A DNA stretch of 31,915 bases, taken from NCBI GenBank assembly GCA_017880745.1, contig JADGRR010000001.1, forward strand, positions 1 to 31,915. Reading direction: 5' to 3'. Positions 9,353 to 18,060 of the stretch are shown here, piece after piece. The stretch is from Burkholderiales bacterium. GTDB taxonomy: Bacteria > Pseudomonadota > Gammaproteobacteria > Burkholderiales > SG8-39. Under the pieces are notes generated by a model. That model saw only the letters and a program-made list of their open reading frames with translations. It ran no database searches and was not told the DNA's origin. Positions within the stretch are counted from its first letter, which is position 1, and each line of letters begins with the position of its first letter. The translations under genes and the position numbers were made by a program.

Positions 9353-9545
9353 GAATCATTATAAAGGCATCCCGGCCTCAGACACCCGGCGACGAGATCG
9401 CACCTGGTTCACAATCTCGGCCTGTTCCGGACAATCAGGCGCAGGCTTGACCTCGGACCAGGGTTGAATGGTGCTCTCCGCCCGCCGATCGCGGCGGTCT
9501 CGGGCGGCTTCGGGGCTTGCAGCTTTCGTTCGCCATGCGGCCAGA

Positions 9546-9574
9546 TTGCGCGATACGCCCTGCTCACATACAAT
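9546..9574 (+). promoter_or_regulatory. sigma70-type promoter for the TRAP operon
   Basis: TTGCGC-17 nt-TACAAT, followed by an 8-bp 5'UTR hairpin (9586-9607) and SD GAGGAGG before ATG 9637. Confidence 0.55.
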
Positions 9575-9636
9575 CCGATGGGACTGCGAAGCCCGGAGAG
9601 GCTTCGCCTCGATTTCAATATCCTGAGGAGGGCAAC

Positions 9637-10656
9637 ATGAAAGACGCACGCTGGTTGGGCCTGTGCACGCTCGCACTGGCGTTATGCATGGGAAATGCGA
9701 TCGCGCAGGACAAGCACATCGATCTGAAGCTTGCAACCTGGCTCCCCCCCCAGCACCCGCTCAACCCCTCGCTGCAGGCATGGGCCGAGGACATCAAGAA
9801 GGCATCCGGCGGAACCATCGCCTCCGCCTTGTTTCCCTCCGAGCAGCTAGGCAAGGCATTCGATCACTATGACATGGCGCGCGACGCGATCGCCGATTTT
9901 ACCTACGTCAACCCGGGCTACCAACCCGGGCGTTTCCCGGTGATCGCCGGTGCTTCGCTGCCCTTCCTGTTCTCCAACGGCAAGAGCGGCAGCGCCGCAA
10001 TCGATGCCTGGTACCGCCAGTACGCCGCCAAGGAAATGAAAGACGTGCATTTCTGCTTCGCCTTCGTGCACGACCCGGGCGCCTTCCACTTGCGCAAGAA
10101 AATCGTCCTGCCCGATGAAGTGCGCGGCATGAAAGTGCGGCCGGCCACGAGCACGGTCGGCCAGATGGTCACCCTGCTCGGCGGCACCAACGTTCAGGCG
10201 TCGGCGCCCGAGGCGCGCGACATGCTCGAGCGCGGCGTCGCCGATGCGATCACCTTTCCCTGGGGATCGATCGTGCTGTTCGGCATCGACAAGGTGGTGA
10301 AGTTCCACATGGACTTGCCGCTCTACACCACGCCCTTCGTCTGGGTCATGAACCAGGCGAAGTACGACGCCATGTCTGCAGCGCAGAAAAAAGTGATCGA
10401 CGCGCACTGCAGCACCGAGTGGGCGGAGAAAGTGGCGGCTCCGTGGGCCGACTTCGAGTTCGCCGGCCACGCCAAGCTTACCGTTCCGGGGCACGAGGTC
10501 TACAAGCTGACGCCGGACCAGGTGGCTGCCTGGCACAAGGCGGTCGCCCCGGTCGAGACACAATGGGCCGACAGCGTGCGCAAGGGTGGTTACGATCCGA
10601 AGGCGGTGCTCGACGGCCTGAAGCAATCCCTGACAAAATACAAAGCGGGCTTCTGA
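9637..10656 (+). CDS. dctP: TRAP transporter substrate-binding protein (DctP family)
   Basis: Signal peptide ending AIAQ, FPSEQLGK, GMKVRP and LERGVADA motifs. SD before ATG 9637. Confidence 0.9.
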   Translation: MKDARWLGLCTLALALCMGNAIAQDKHIDLKLATWLPPQHPLNPSLQAWAEDIKKASGGTIASALFPSEQLGKAFDHYDMARDAIADFTYVNPGYQPGRFPVIAGASLPFLFSNGKSGSAAIDAWYRQYAAKEMKDVHFCFAFVHDPGAFHLRKKIVLPDEVRGMKVRPATSTVGQMVTLLGGTNVQASAPEARDMLERGVADAITFPWGSIVLFGIDKVVKFHMDLPLYTTPFVWVMNQAKYDAMSAAQKKVIDAHCSTEWAEKVAAPWADFEFAGHAKLTVPGHEVYKLTPDQVAAWHKAVAPVETQWADSVRKGGYDPKAVLDGLKQSLTKYKAGF

Positions 10657-10673
10657 GCCGCGTTCTCCACGTC

Positions 10674-10715
10674 CAGGCGGGTTTGCCCGACCAGCGCGTC
10701 GGCCGGACCCGCCTG
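10674..10715 (+). other. Long intercistronic hairpin between dctP and dctQ
   Basis: CAGGCGGGT/ACCCGCCTG outer 9-bp stem, G-U middle segment, CCGAC/GTCGG inner stem. Confidence 0.6.
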
Positions 10716-10758
10716 CGTTTGAAGCCATTCCTAGCTACCGAATAGCCGGTTTCTGCCC

Positions 10759-11283
10759 ATGCAGCAAAACGTGAAGCGCAACTTCATGGATCGGGTGATC
10801 GACTCGATCGAACTGGTGGCGGCAGCATTCGTCGGCATCGTCGCGGCCGACATCTTCATCTCGGTCATGCTGCGCTATTTCTTCAGCGTTTCCATTCCGG
10901 ATGGCTACGATTTCGGGCGGCTGCTCCTCGGCATTCTCATTTTCTGGGGCATCGCGGCGACGAGCTACAGGGGCACGCACATCACGGTCGATCTGGTCTG
11001 GGGAGCCGTTGGGCCGAGGCACAAGCGCCTGATCGACATCTTTGCCACGCTCGTGCTGCTGTTCGTGGTGACGGTGCAGACGACCATGCTGTTTGACAAA
11101 GTCCGCGGCACGCTCGAGGACCACGTGCTGACCTACGACCTCGGCCTGCCGACGTGGCCGTTCTTTGCGGTCGCCTGGGCCGGCGACGTGTCCGCGGTCG
11201 TCCTGATCGCGATACGCACCTACCGGCTGATATTTCATCCGGATCTGATCGCCCCGAGGCTCCAGAGCCAACCCGATGAATGA
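10759..11283 (+). CDS. dctQ: TRAP transporter small permease (DctQ)
   Basis: Four TM segments, RYFF...IP, HITVDL motif. Lies between dctP and dctM. Confidence 0.88.
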   Translation: MQQNVKRNFMDRVIDSIELVAAAFVGIVAADIFISVMLRYFFSVSIPDGYDFGRLLLGILIFWGIAATSYRGTHITVDLVWGAVGPRHKRLIDIFATLVLLFVVTVQTTMLFDKVRGTLEDHVLTYDLGLPTWPFFAVAWAGDVSAVVLIAIRTYRLIFHPDLIAPRLQSQPDE

Positions 11284-12595
11284 GGCTTTTGCCCTGGGCA
11301 CGGACGGGGTTGCCATCACCGGCTTCATCGTCCTGTTCGTGCTGATGCTGTTGCGCGTCCCCGTGGGGATGGCGATGGGGCTGGTCGGCGTAACCGGATA
11401 CAGCTATCTGGTCGGCGGCGGCCCGGCGCTGAAGCTGGTCGGGCAAACGTCGATGCGCACGGTGACCGATTACACCTTCGGGGTCATCCCCATGTTTATC
11501 CTGATGGGGGCATTCGTCTCGAATTCGGGCGTCAGTCGCGAGCTGTTCCGGGCGGCGAATACCCTGGTCGGGCATCTGAAGGGCGGCCTTGGCATCGCCA
11601 CCGTCGTGGCGTGCGGCGGCTTTGCCGCAATCTGCGGATCTTCGGTGGCGACCGCGGCCACGTTCGCCAATGTTGCCTATCCGGAGATGCGCCGCTACGG
11701 CTATCCCCAGACGTTTTCGACGGGTGTCATCGCAGCCGGCGGAACGCTGGGCGCGATGCTGCCGCCGTCGACCGTGCTGGCCGTCTACGGCATCATCACC
11801 CAGCAGGACATCGGCAAACTGTTTGCAGCTGGCGTGCTTCCGGGCATTCTCGCGATGTCGATGTACGTGATTACAGTCGCGCTCATCGGCGTTGCGCGGC
11901 CAAAGTTCCTTCCCGCAGGCACGCCCAGCACCTGGACGCAGCGGATCAAGGGCCTGCGCGACGTGTGGGCGCCTCTGTTGCTGTTTGCGTTCGTCATTGG
12001 CGGCCTCTATGGCGGACTGTTCACCCCGACCGAGGCGGGCGGCGTCGGCGCAGGCGGCGCGTTTGTCCTGGGCGTCCTGCGCCGGCGCCTTTCGCGAGCC
12101 CTCATACGCAAGTCCCTCCTCGACGCGACCCGCACCTCTGCCGCGGTCTTCACCGTGCTCATCGGCGCGATCCTGTTCGGCTATTTCCTCACCGTCACGC
12201 AGACGCCGCAGAAGATCACGGTATTTCTGACAGGCCTGGGACTGGGCCGCTATGGCGTGTTGGTCCTGATCATGCTGATGTACCTGGTGCTTGGCTGCCT
12301 CATGGATGCCATGGCCATGATCATCCTCACCGTACCGATCATTTTCCCGGTGATCACGGCGCTCGGATTCGATCCGATATGGTTCGGCGTCATCATCGTC
12401 ATGACGGTGGAACTGGGGCTGATCCATCCCCCGGTCGGCATGAACGTGTTCGTCATCAAGAGCGTAGTGAAGGACGTGAGTTTCACCACCATATTCCTGG
12501 GCGTGATTCCGTTCGTGATTACCGACCTCATTCGCCTCGCGATCCTGATCAGCTTCCCGATTATCGCCCTCTACCTGCCGGGGCGGATGGGCTGA
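11276..12595 (+). CDS. dctM: TRAP transporter large permease (DctM)
   Basis: IPMFILMG, AICGSSVATA, GGTLGAMLPPS, FTPTEA and ELGLIHPPVG motifs. Confidence 0.92.
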   Translation: MNEAFALGTDGVAITGFIVLFVLMLLRVPVGMAMGLVGVTGYSYLVGGGPALKLVGQTSMRTVTDYTFGVIPMFILMGAFVSNSGVSRELFRAANTLVGHLKGGLGIATVVACGGFAAICGSSVATAATFANVAYPEMRRYGYPQTFSTGVIAAGGTLGAMLPPSTVLAVYGIITQQDIGKLFAAGVLPGILAMSMYVITVALIGVARPKFLPAGTPSTWTQRIKGLRDVWAPLLLFAFVIGGLYGGLFTPTEAGGVGAGGAFVLGVLRRRLSRALIRKSLLDATRTSAAVFTVLIGAILFGYFLTVTQTPQKITVFLTGLGLGRYGVLVLIMLMYLVLGCLMDAMAMIILTVPIIFPVITALGFDPIWFGVIIVMTVELGLIHPPVGMNVFVIKSVVKDVSFTTIFLGVIPFVITDLIRLAILISFPIIALYLPGRMG

Positions 12596-12653
12596 GGGGC
12601 GCTGTCGCTGCGGCGGTCCAGGACTCTGGGCGGCTGATGCCCGGTCCAGGTCC

Positions 12654-14000
12654 CTAGCCGGAGGAGGCCAGCCGCTCGCGCACCAGCTGGATGTGGCTGC
12701 GCAGCGAATAGAGTTCGTCGGCATAGGACAGGGGCACGGTGACGTGCTGCGCCTTGGCGTCGAGCTTGTTCACTTCGTCCAGCAGATCGGCCGCGGATGC
12801 CGATTTCGCCTGCAGCGCATGCTCGATTTCGCGCAGCTGCCGGTACCAGCGGAAAACGCGCGAGCGGATGCGGAACTCGTACAGCGGCGGCACCACGCGC
12901 GCGAGCGGGATCAGCAAGGCAATGATGGACACCAGCGCCACCCACATGCGGTCGATCGGGTTGGCGAGCCAGAAAGGCAGATAGCGCTGCAGCAGCGGCG
13001 GGCCGTTGCGGTAATAGCGCTCGGCTTCCTTGGCCAGCGGCAGCTCCGTGTTCTGCGGCGATGGAAATTGCCCGGCGCGCGAGAGCCAGCCGGTGCCGCC
13101 GTGGATGTTGTGCGCCGCCTGCACGAACAGTTGCAGCAGCGCCGGGTGCGTGCCCTCGCGCGCCACCAGCGTGGTCGTGGTGGCAACGAGCGGCAGGTCG
13201 TGCGCAGGCAGGTCGCGGGCGAGGTCCAGCACTCCGCGCGGCAGCACCACCGCGGAGAGGAACGGCAGGCGGCGCGAATAGGCATCGGCCTGTGCAAACT
13301 CGAACAGCTTCACCCCCGGAGTCTGCAGCAGCATCTGCACCATCAGCGACTCGGGCGCCGCGGTCATGACGAGCGCATCGATCTCGCCCGCGAGCAGCGC
13401 CACCACCGCCGGCGTCTGCTCCAGGCGGCTCGCCTGCAGGCTGTCGCGCTCGACGCCGTTGGCGTGCAGCAACTTGCCGACGAGGCCGGTTACGCCGCTG
13501 CCGCGCGCGCCCACGTTCACGCGCCAGCCGCGCAGCTCGGTGAGGCGCGTCAGCGACGCTTCGCGGTTCAGGCGCTTTGCGGTTTCGCTGCGGTAGAACA
13601 GCCATACCGGCTCGAGATAGAGGCTGCCCAGGGACACCAGCGGCACGCCGCTTTTTTCCTCGTCGGCGGCGCGCGTGGCATCGCTCGAGCCGCCGCGCAC
13701 GAAACCCAGGTCGATGGCCTGCGCGGAGTCGCGCAGCAGGCGCCGGTTCTCCGACGATCCTTCCGTGGGCTTTAGCACCACCTCGATGCCGTAGCGCTTG
13801 AGTTCGGCCGCATAGCGCTTGCCGAACTCGGCGTAGTCGCTTTGCTCCGGTCCGGTCGCCAGCACCACGCGCTTGGGCGGGGCCGGGTCGAGCAGAAAAT
13901 AGGCGCCGGCGAGCAACAGCAGGGCGAGCAGCACGAACGGCCCGGCGGCTACGACGAGGTCGCGGACCGAGACCAGCGTATTGCGCATCAGGCGGGGCAT
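12654..14000 (-). CDS. TAXI-family solute-binding protein with N- and C-terminal membrane segments
   Basis: N-terminal TM, ATGPEQSDY, TEGSSEN, LGSLYLEPVW, NVGARGSG, then a TM and a C-terminal helical tail (RIFRWY-like RVFRWY, YADELYSLRSHI). ATG 14000 preferred. Confidence 0.8.
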   Translation of the reverse strand: MPRLMRNTLVSVRDLVVAAGPFVLLALLLLAGAYFLLDPAPPKRVVLATGPEQSDYAEFGKRYAAELKRYGIEVVLKPTEGSSENRRLLRDSAQAIDLGFVRGGSSDATRAADEEKSGVPLVSLGSLYLEPVWLFYRSETAKRLNREASLTRLTELRGWRVNVGARGSGVTGLVGKLLHANGVERDSLQASRLEQTPAVVALLAGEIDALVMTAAPESLMVQMLLQTPGVKLFEFAQADAYSRRLPFLSAVVLPRGVLDLARDLPAHDLPLVATTTTLVAREGTHPALLQLFVQAAHNIHGGTGWLSRAGQFPSPQNTELPLAKEAERYYRNGPPLLQRYLPFWLANPIDRMWVALVSIIALLIPLARVVPPLYEFRIRSRVFRWYRQLREIEHALQAKSASAADLLDEVNKLDAKAQHVTVPLSYADELYSLRSHIQLVRERLASSG

Positions 14001-14106
14001 GCGGGCAAGCATAGCCGAAATCGGCGCTGATCTGGCGAATCCGCTGCGGCCGGAGGCGCGTGCACCGCGCGCGCGAACTGCAAGCGCAGCCTGAGCGTTT
14101 GCGCCG

Positions 14107-14784
14107 TCAGTCTTCACCCCGGGCCTGGAACACAAGATAATACTGGTTGGGGAGGAAGCGATGTTCGCCCTGGAGCCGGTATCCCGCCTTGGCCATTTCG
14201 GCCACCACGCGCTTGCCCGCGATGCGCTGGCTCGGCGGCGGTCCCATCGCGGATTTGGCGTTGAAGTCGACGATGGCGACGCGCCCGCCGGGTTTGAGCG
14301 ACTGCGCGAGTTTGCGAAAGTAGCCCTCGCGCTGCTCGATGTGGTGATAAGTGTCGACCATGAGGGCGAGATCGACCTTGCCCGGCAGGCGCGCATCGTC
14401 CGGCGCTCCCGCGACCGCGGTGAGATTGGCTAGGCCTTCGCGTCTGGCGCGGTCGGCGAGGTACTTCACCATGTCCGGTTCGATATCCACCGCGTAGACC
14501 CGGCCCTGAGGCACGAAATGCGCGAGGCGCACGGCGAAGTAGCCGGTGCCCGATCCTATGTCCGCCACCGTGGCATCGGGCTTGAGCGCCAGGGCCTCGA
14601 TCACCTGATGCGGCTTCTGCCAGGCATCGCGGCTGGGGTCGTCGAACACCTCGGCCCAGCGCTCGGCGCCGCCGAAGCTGTGCTGGTGGGTGTGGGGCGA
14701 CTGCGCCTGCGCCGGCCCGGGCCCGAGGCCGGCGCAGGCGAGTGCGAGCGTCAGAACCGCGGTGGACAGGGCGCGCGTCATCAT
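14107..14784 (-). CDS. Class I SAM-dependent methyltransferase with predicted signal peptide
   Basis: Motif [21 protein letters not shown]-terminal hydrophobic segment ending AQA, followed by a His-rich stretch HTHQH. Confidence 0.85.
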   Translation of the reverse strand: MMTRALSTAVLTLALACAGLGPGPAQAQSPHTHQHSFGGAERWAEVFDDPSRDAWQKPHQVIEALALKPDATVADIGSGTGYFAVRLAHFVPQGRVYAVDIEPDMVKYLADRARREGLANLTAVAGAPDDARLPGKVDLALMVDTYHHIEQREGYFRKLAQSLKPGGRVAIVDFNAKSAMGPPPSQRIAGKRVVAEMAKAGYRLQGEHRFLPNQYYLVFQARGED

Positions 14785-14893
14785 GTTTTCCGTTACTGGT
14801 CGACCGTCAGATAGACTATCCTAAACCTCATTCGCCCTGTGGGGGAACCCCGGCGCCGTCCGGCCGGGCGCGTAGCTGTCCACGACAAGTCGA

Positions 14894-14922
14894 TGGACTT
14901 ATGCACCCGGAGCCGGTAGACT
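14894..14922 (+). promoter_or_regulatory. sigma70-type promoter for prfC
   Basis: TGGACT-17 nt-TAGACT, 26 nt upstream of ATG 14949. Confidence 0.45.
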
Positions 14923-14948
14923 GCCCGCCTTTTCGCGCACCTGTGCCC

Positions 14949-16607
14949 ATGGCCGCCGCTGTCGAGCTTGTATCTTCCCCAACTGCTGAGGCCGACGCCG
15001 CGCGTGCGCCGGCCGAGCGGATTGCGCGCGAAATGGCGCGCCGCCGAACTTTCGGCATCATCGCCCACCCTGACGCAGGCAAGACCACGCTTACCGAGAA
15101 GCTGCTGCTGTTCTCCGGCGCGATTCAGCTCGCCGGCACGGTGAAGGCGCGCAAGAGCCGCCGTCACGCGACCTCGGACTGGATGGAGATCGAGAAGCAG
15201 CGCGGCATATCTGTGGCGAGCTCGGTGATGCAGTTCGAGTACCGCGGCTGCGTGGTCAACCTGCTCGACACCCCGGGGCACCAGGATTTTTCCGAGGACA
15301 CCTACCGCGTGCTCACTGCAGTCGATTCCGCGCTGATGGTGATCGACTCCGCCAAGGGCGTGGAAGAGCAAACGGTCAAGCTGCTGAATGTGTGCCGCAT
15401 GCGCAACACGCCGATCCTCACCTTCATGAACAAGATGGACCGCGAAACCCGCGAACCGCTGGCGCTGCTCGATGAAGTGGAGTCGGTGCTCAAGATCCAG
15501 TGCGCGCCGGTGACCTGGCCCATCGGCATGGGCAAGTCGTTCCGCGGCGTGTATCACCTGCTGCGCGACGAGATTTTGCTGTTCACCGCGGGCGAGGACC
15601 GCGCCGACCAGGAATTCGAGGCGATCGCGGGGATCGATAACCCGCGGCTGGCCGAGATGTTTCCGCGCGAGATCGAGCAGCTCAAGGCCGAAGTCGCGCT
15701 GGTGCGCAGTGCCATGCACCCGTTCGACCTCGGCGCCTTCCTCGACGGCACGCAGACGCCGGTGTTCTTCGGCTCGGCCGTCAACAACTTCGGCGTGCGC
15801 GAGATCCTGAACGCGCTGATCGACTGGGCGCCGGCCCCGCGCGAGCGCGACGCGACGCTGCGCATCGTGGCGCCGGGCGAACCGCGATTCTCCGGCTTCG
15901 TGTTCAAGATCCAGGCCAACATGGATCCGGCGCACCGCGACCGCATCGCCTTCCTGCGCGTGTGCTCGGGGCGCTTCGAGCGCGGCATGAAAATCAGGCA
16001 CCTGCGCCTCGACCGCGAAATCAAGGTGAACAACGTCGTCACGTTCATGGCCTCGAGCCGCGAGCAGGTGGAAGAGGCCTACGCCGGCGACATCGTCGGT
16101 CTGCCCAACCACGGGCAGATGCAGATCGGCGACAGCTTCTCCGAAGGCGAAGCGCTGCAGTTCACCGGGATACCCTATTTCGCGCCGGATTTTTTCCGCT
16201 CGGTCCGTATCCGCAATCCGATCAAGGTCAAGCAGCTGTACAAGGGCTTGCAGCAGCTCGGCGAAGAGGGCGCGGTGCAGGTATACAAACCCGTCCTCGG
16301 CGGCGATCTGATCCTCGGCGCGGTGGGCGTGCTGCAGTTCGAGGTGGTCGCGAGCCGCCTTGCGAACGAATATGGGGTCGATGCGGTGTTCGAGGGCACC
16401 CCGGTCACCTGCGCGCGCTGGGTGACGGGTGAGGACAAGCGCATGCTGGCCGAGTTCGAGAAGATGCTGGCGCACAACATCGCCCGCGATGCCGCCGGCA
16501 GCCTCGCCTACCTCTCGCCCAATAGCGTCAATCTGCAGCTGACGCAGGAGCGCTGGCCCAAGCTCAGGTTCCATGAAACGCGCGAGCACGCGCTGACGCC
16601 GGAGTGA
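14949..16607 (+). CDS. prfC: Peptide chain release factor 3
   Basis: [53 protein letters not shown] and [11 protein letters not shown] motifs. Confidence 0.96.
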   Translation: MAAAVELVSSPTAEADAARAPAERIAREMARRRTFGIIAHPDAGKTTLTEKLLLFSGAIQLAGTVKARKSRRHATSDWMEIEKQRGISVASSVMQFEYRGCVVNLLDTPGHQDFSEDTYRVLTAVDSALMVIDSAKGVEEQTVKLLNVCRMRNTPILTFMNKMDRETREPLALLDEVESVLKIQCAPVTWPIGMGKSFRGVYHLLRDEILLFTAGEDRADQEFEAIAGIDNPRLAEMFPREIEQLKAEVALVRSAMHPFDLGAFLDGTQTPVFFGSAVNNFGVREILNALIDWAPAPRERDATLRIVAPGEPRFSGFVFKIQANMDPAHRDRIAFLRVCSGRFERGMKIRHLRLDREIKVNNVVTFMASSREQVEEAYAGDIVGLPNHGQMQIGDSFSEGEALQFTGIPYFAPDFFRSVRIRNPIKVKQLYKGLQQLGEEGAVQVYKPVLGGDLILGAVGVLQFEVVASRLANEYGVDAVFEGTPVTCARWVTGEDKRMLAEFEKMLAHNIARDAAGSLAYLSPNSVNLQLTQERWPKLRFHETREHALTPE

Positions 16608-16639
16608 ACAGCGGCGCGGCCGCGGCGAAGCCGCACATC

Positions 16640-16725
16640 AGAAGAGGAAGCTCCGCTCACACGGAGCCAAAAAAGTAAGCCCCGCTTGAGGCGGGGCGAA
16701 AAGGAAGCCCCGCATGACGCGGGGC
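16640..16725 (-). terminator. Three stacked intrinsic terminator hairpins facing the minus strand
   Basis: GCCCCGC-5-GCGGGGC at 16707-16725 then TTCCTTTT. GCCCCGC-5-GCGGGGC at 16679-16697 then TTACTTTTTT. GCTCCG-6-CGGAGC at 16650-16667 then TTCCTCTTCT (minus-strand reading). Confidence 0.7.
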
Positions 16726-16843
16726 CGGTGGCACCCCATTGCGGAAGTGCCGATGCCGTAGTTACGGCGCGTGCGGGGCTGGGCCCCGTTCGTAGGTGAA
16801 ACTAAAAGTCACGTTTCAGTCGATTTGCCTCCTTCTTAACTAC
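16699..16843 (-). ncRNA. Candidate small RNA (or tiny-peptide mRNA), ~145 nt
   Basis: Bounded by a near-consensus promoter and a terminator, contains four internal hairpins and AAGGAGG near the 5' end, and has no ATG ORF. Family not recognised. Confidence 0.55.
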
Positions 16844-16849
16844 ACTTAA

Positions 16850-16878
16850 TTTATAGACCCGGCGCGAGCGGAAGTCAA
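16850..16878 (-). promoter_or_regulatory. Strong sigma70-type promoter for the candidate sRNA
   Basis: Minus strand TTGACT (16878-16873)-17 nt-TATAAA (16855-16850). Confidence 0.7.
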
Positions 16879-16938
16879 GGCCGGCGAAGACGCGCATCGA
16901 GGTTTGGACCGGGCGCGACCTCAGGCTTCGGCTTGGCA

Positions 16939-16967
16939 TTGCCTCGGTCGCGGGCTTGGAGTAAATT
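16939..16967 (+). promoter_or_regulatory. sigma70-type promoter for bug-dioxygenase-rhodanese operon
   Basis: TTGCCT-17 nt-TAAATT. SD AGGAGG before ATG 17048. Confidence 0.5.
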
Positions 16968-17047
16968 GGCCGGTTACAAAAACAATGCTTGCCTGGCGCG
17001 CCGGAGTTTGTCCCGCGCCGGAGCAGGATCACCTAGGAGGGAAAACC

Positions 17048-18010
17048 ATGAAAGCAGCGTGGATTGCGGCAATCGCGCTTGCTGTGGCCGGGAGCGCGCT
17101 GGCGCAAGGCAGCTATCCGGCGCGCCCCGTCACCATGGTGGTCGGTTTCGCGCCCGGAGGCGGCACCGATACGGTGGCGCGCATCGTCGCCAAGAATCTC
17201 GGCGAGAGCCTCGGCCAGCAGGTGCTGGTCGAGAACCGCGCGGGCGCGGGCGGCTATATCGCCACCGAATATGTGGCTCGTGCGGCCCCGGACGGCTATA
17301 CGATACTGCTCGGCAACGTCGGCTCGCTCGCGGTAACGCCGCACATGATCGTCAGCCCCAGTTACGACCCATTGCGCGATTTCGCACCGATCACCATGGC
17401 GGTGGTGTTCGCCAACGTGATCGTGGTGCCGTCCTCGGTGCCGGCGCGGACGCTGGCCGAGTTTGTGAAGCTGGCGCAGGCGAAGCCGGGGACGGTCACC
17501 TACGGCACGTCCGGCATCGGCGGCGCCGGCCACCTCGCCGGCGAGCTGTTCAAGACCAGGGCAAACATCGACTTGGTCCACGTGCCTTACAAGGGCGGCG
17601 GTCCGTCGATGCAGGGCCTGCTGGGCGGTCAGGTCATGTCGAGTTTCGCGACGCCGGTGTCCGTAGTCGAGCACATTAAGGCGGGCAAACTCCGCGCGCT
17701 CGCCACCACCGGGCCGAAGCGGGCGGCGCTGCTGCCCGACGTGCCGACGGTGGCCGAGTCTGGCTATCCCGGCTTCGAGGCGATGAACTGGTACGCCTAT
17801 GTGGCACCGGCAAAGACGCCGAAGGAGATCATCGAGCGGCTGAACCGCGAACTGGTGAAGGCGCTCAACAACGCGGATGTCGCGGCCCTGCTGCACCAGC
17901 AGGGGCTCGAACCCAGCCCCAGTTCGCCCGCGGAGCTGGCCCGTTACATGGAGCGCGAGTACCAGACCTGGGGCAAGGTGGTGAAACAGGCCGGCATCAA
18001 GGCGCAGTGA
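17048..18010 (+). CDS. Bug/TctC-family (tripartite tricarboxylate transporter) substrate-binding protein
   Basis: YPARPVTMVVGFAPGGGTD, VENRAGAGG, PDGYTILL, YGTSGIGG..HLAGE and HVPYKGGG motifs. Signal peptide ending ALAQ. Confidence 0.92.
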   Translation: MKAAWIAAIALAVAGSALAQGSYPARPVTMVVGFAPGGGTDTVARIVAKNLGESLGQQVLVENRAGAGGYIATEYVARAAPDGYTILLGNVGSLAVTPHMIVSPSYDPLRDFAPITMAVVFANVIVVPSSVPARTLAEFVKLAQAKPGTVTYGTSGIGGAGHLAGELFKTRANIDLVHVPYKGGGPSMQGLLGGQVMSSFATPVSVVEHIKAGKLRALATTGPKRAALLPDVPTVAESGYPGFEAMNWYAYVAPAKTPKEIIERLNRELVKALNNADVAALLHQQGLEPSPSSPAELARYMEREYQTWGKVVKQAGIKAQ

Positions 18011-18060
18011 CGGCGAACCCGCCGCGGCTGCCGCTTGCGGCCGGGATCCGAGGAGCAACC

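Noticed and set aside
14001-14396. N-terminal extension of the TAXI ORF
   Set aside because: It overlaps the methyltransferase gene and is low-complexity Arg/Ala. The TM begins just after ATG 14000.
14810-14820. Palindrome GATAG-A-CTATC sharing a TAGACTA core with the 24583 palindrome
   Set aside because: Arms are only 5 bp and the flanks differ, so chance is plausible.
14793-16589. 598-aa antisense ORF opposite prfC, and similar long shadow ORFs (441-1331, 2450-3631, 5211-6782, 7043-8815, 10982-12724, 18904-20298, 21322-22593, 26859-28496)
   Set aside because: They mirror real genes on the opposite strand. High GC3 suppresses antisense stops, and the translations have no recognisable motifs.
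16802-17032. 76-aa minus-strand ORF in the ORF track
   Set aside because: It runs across two divergent promoters and has no SD. Only its last five codons, after AAGGAGG, are retained as a micropeptide candidate.
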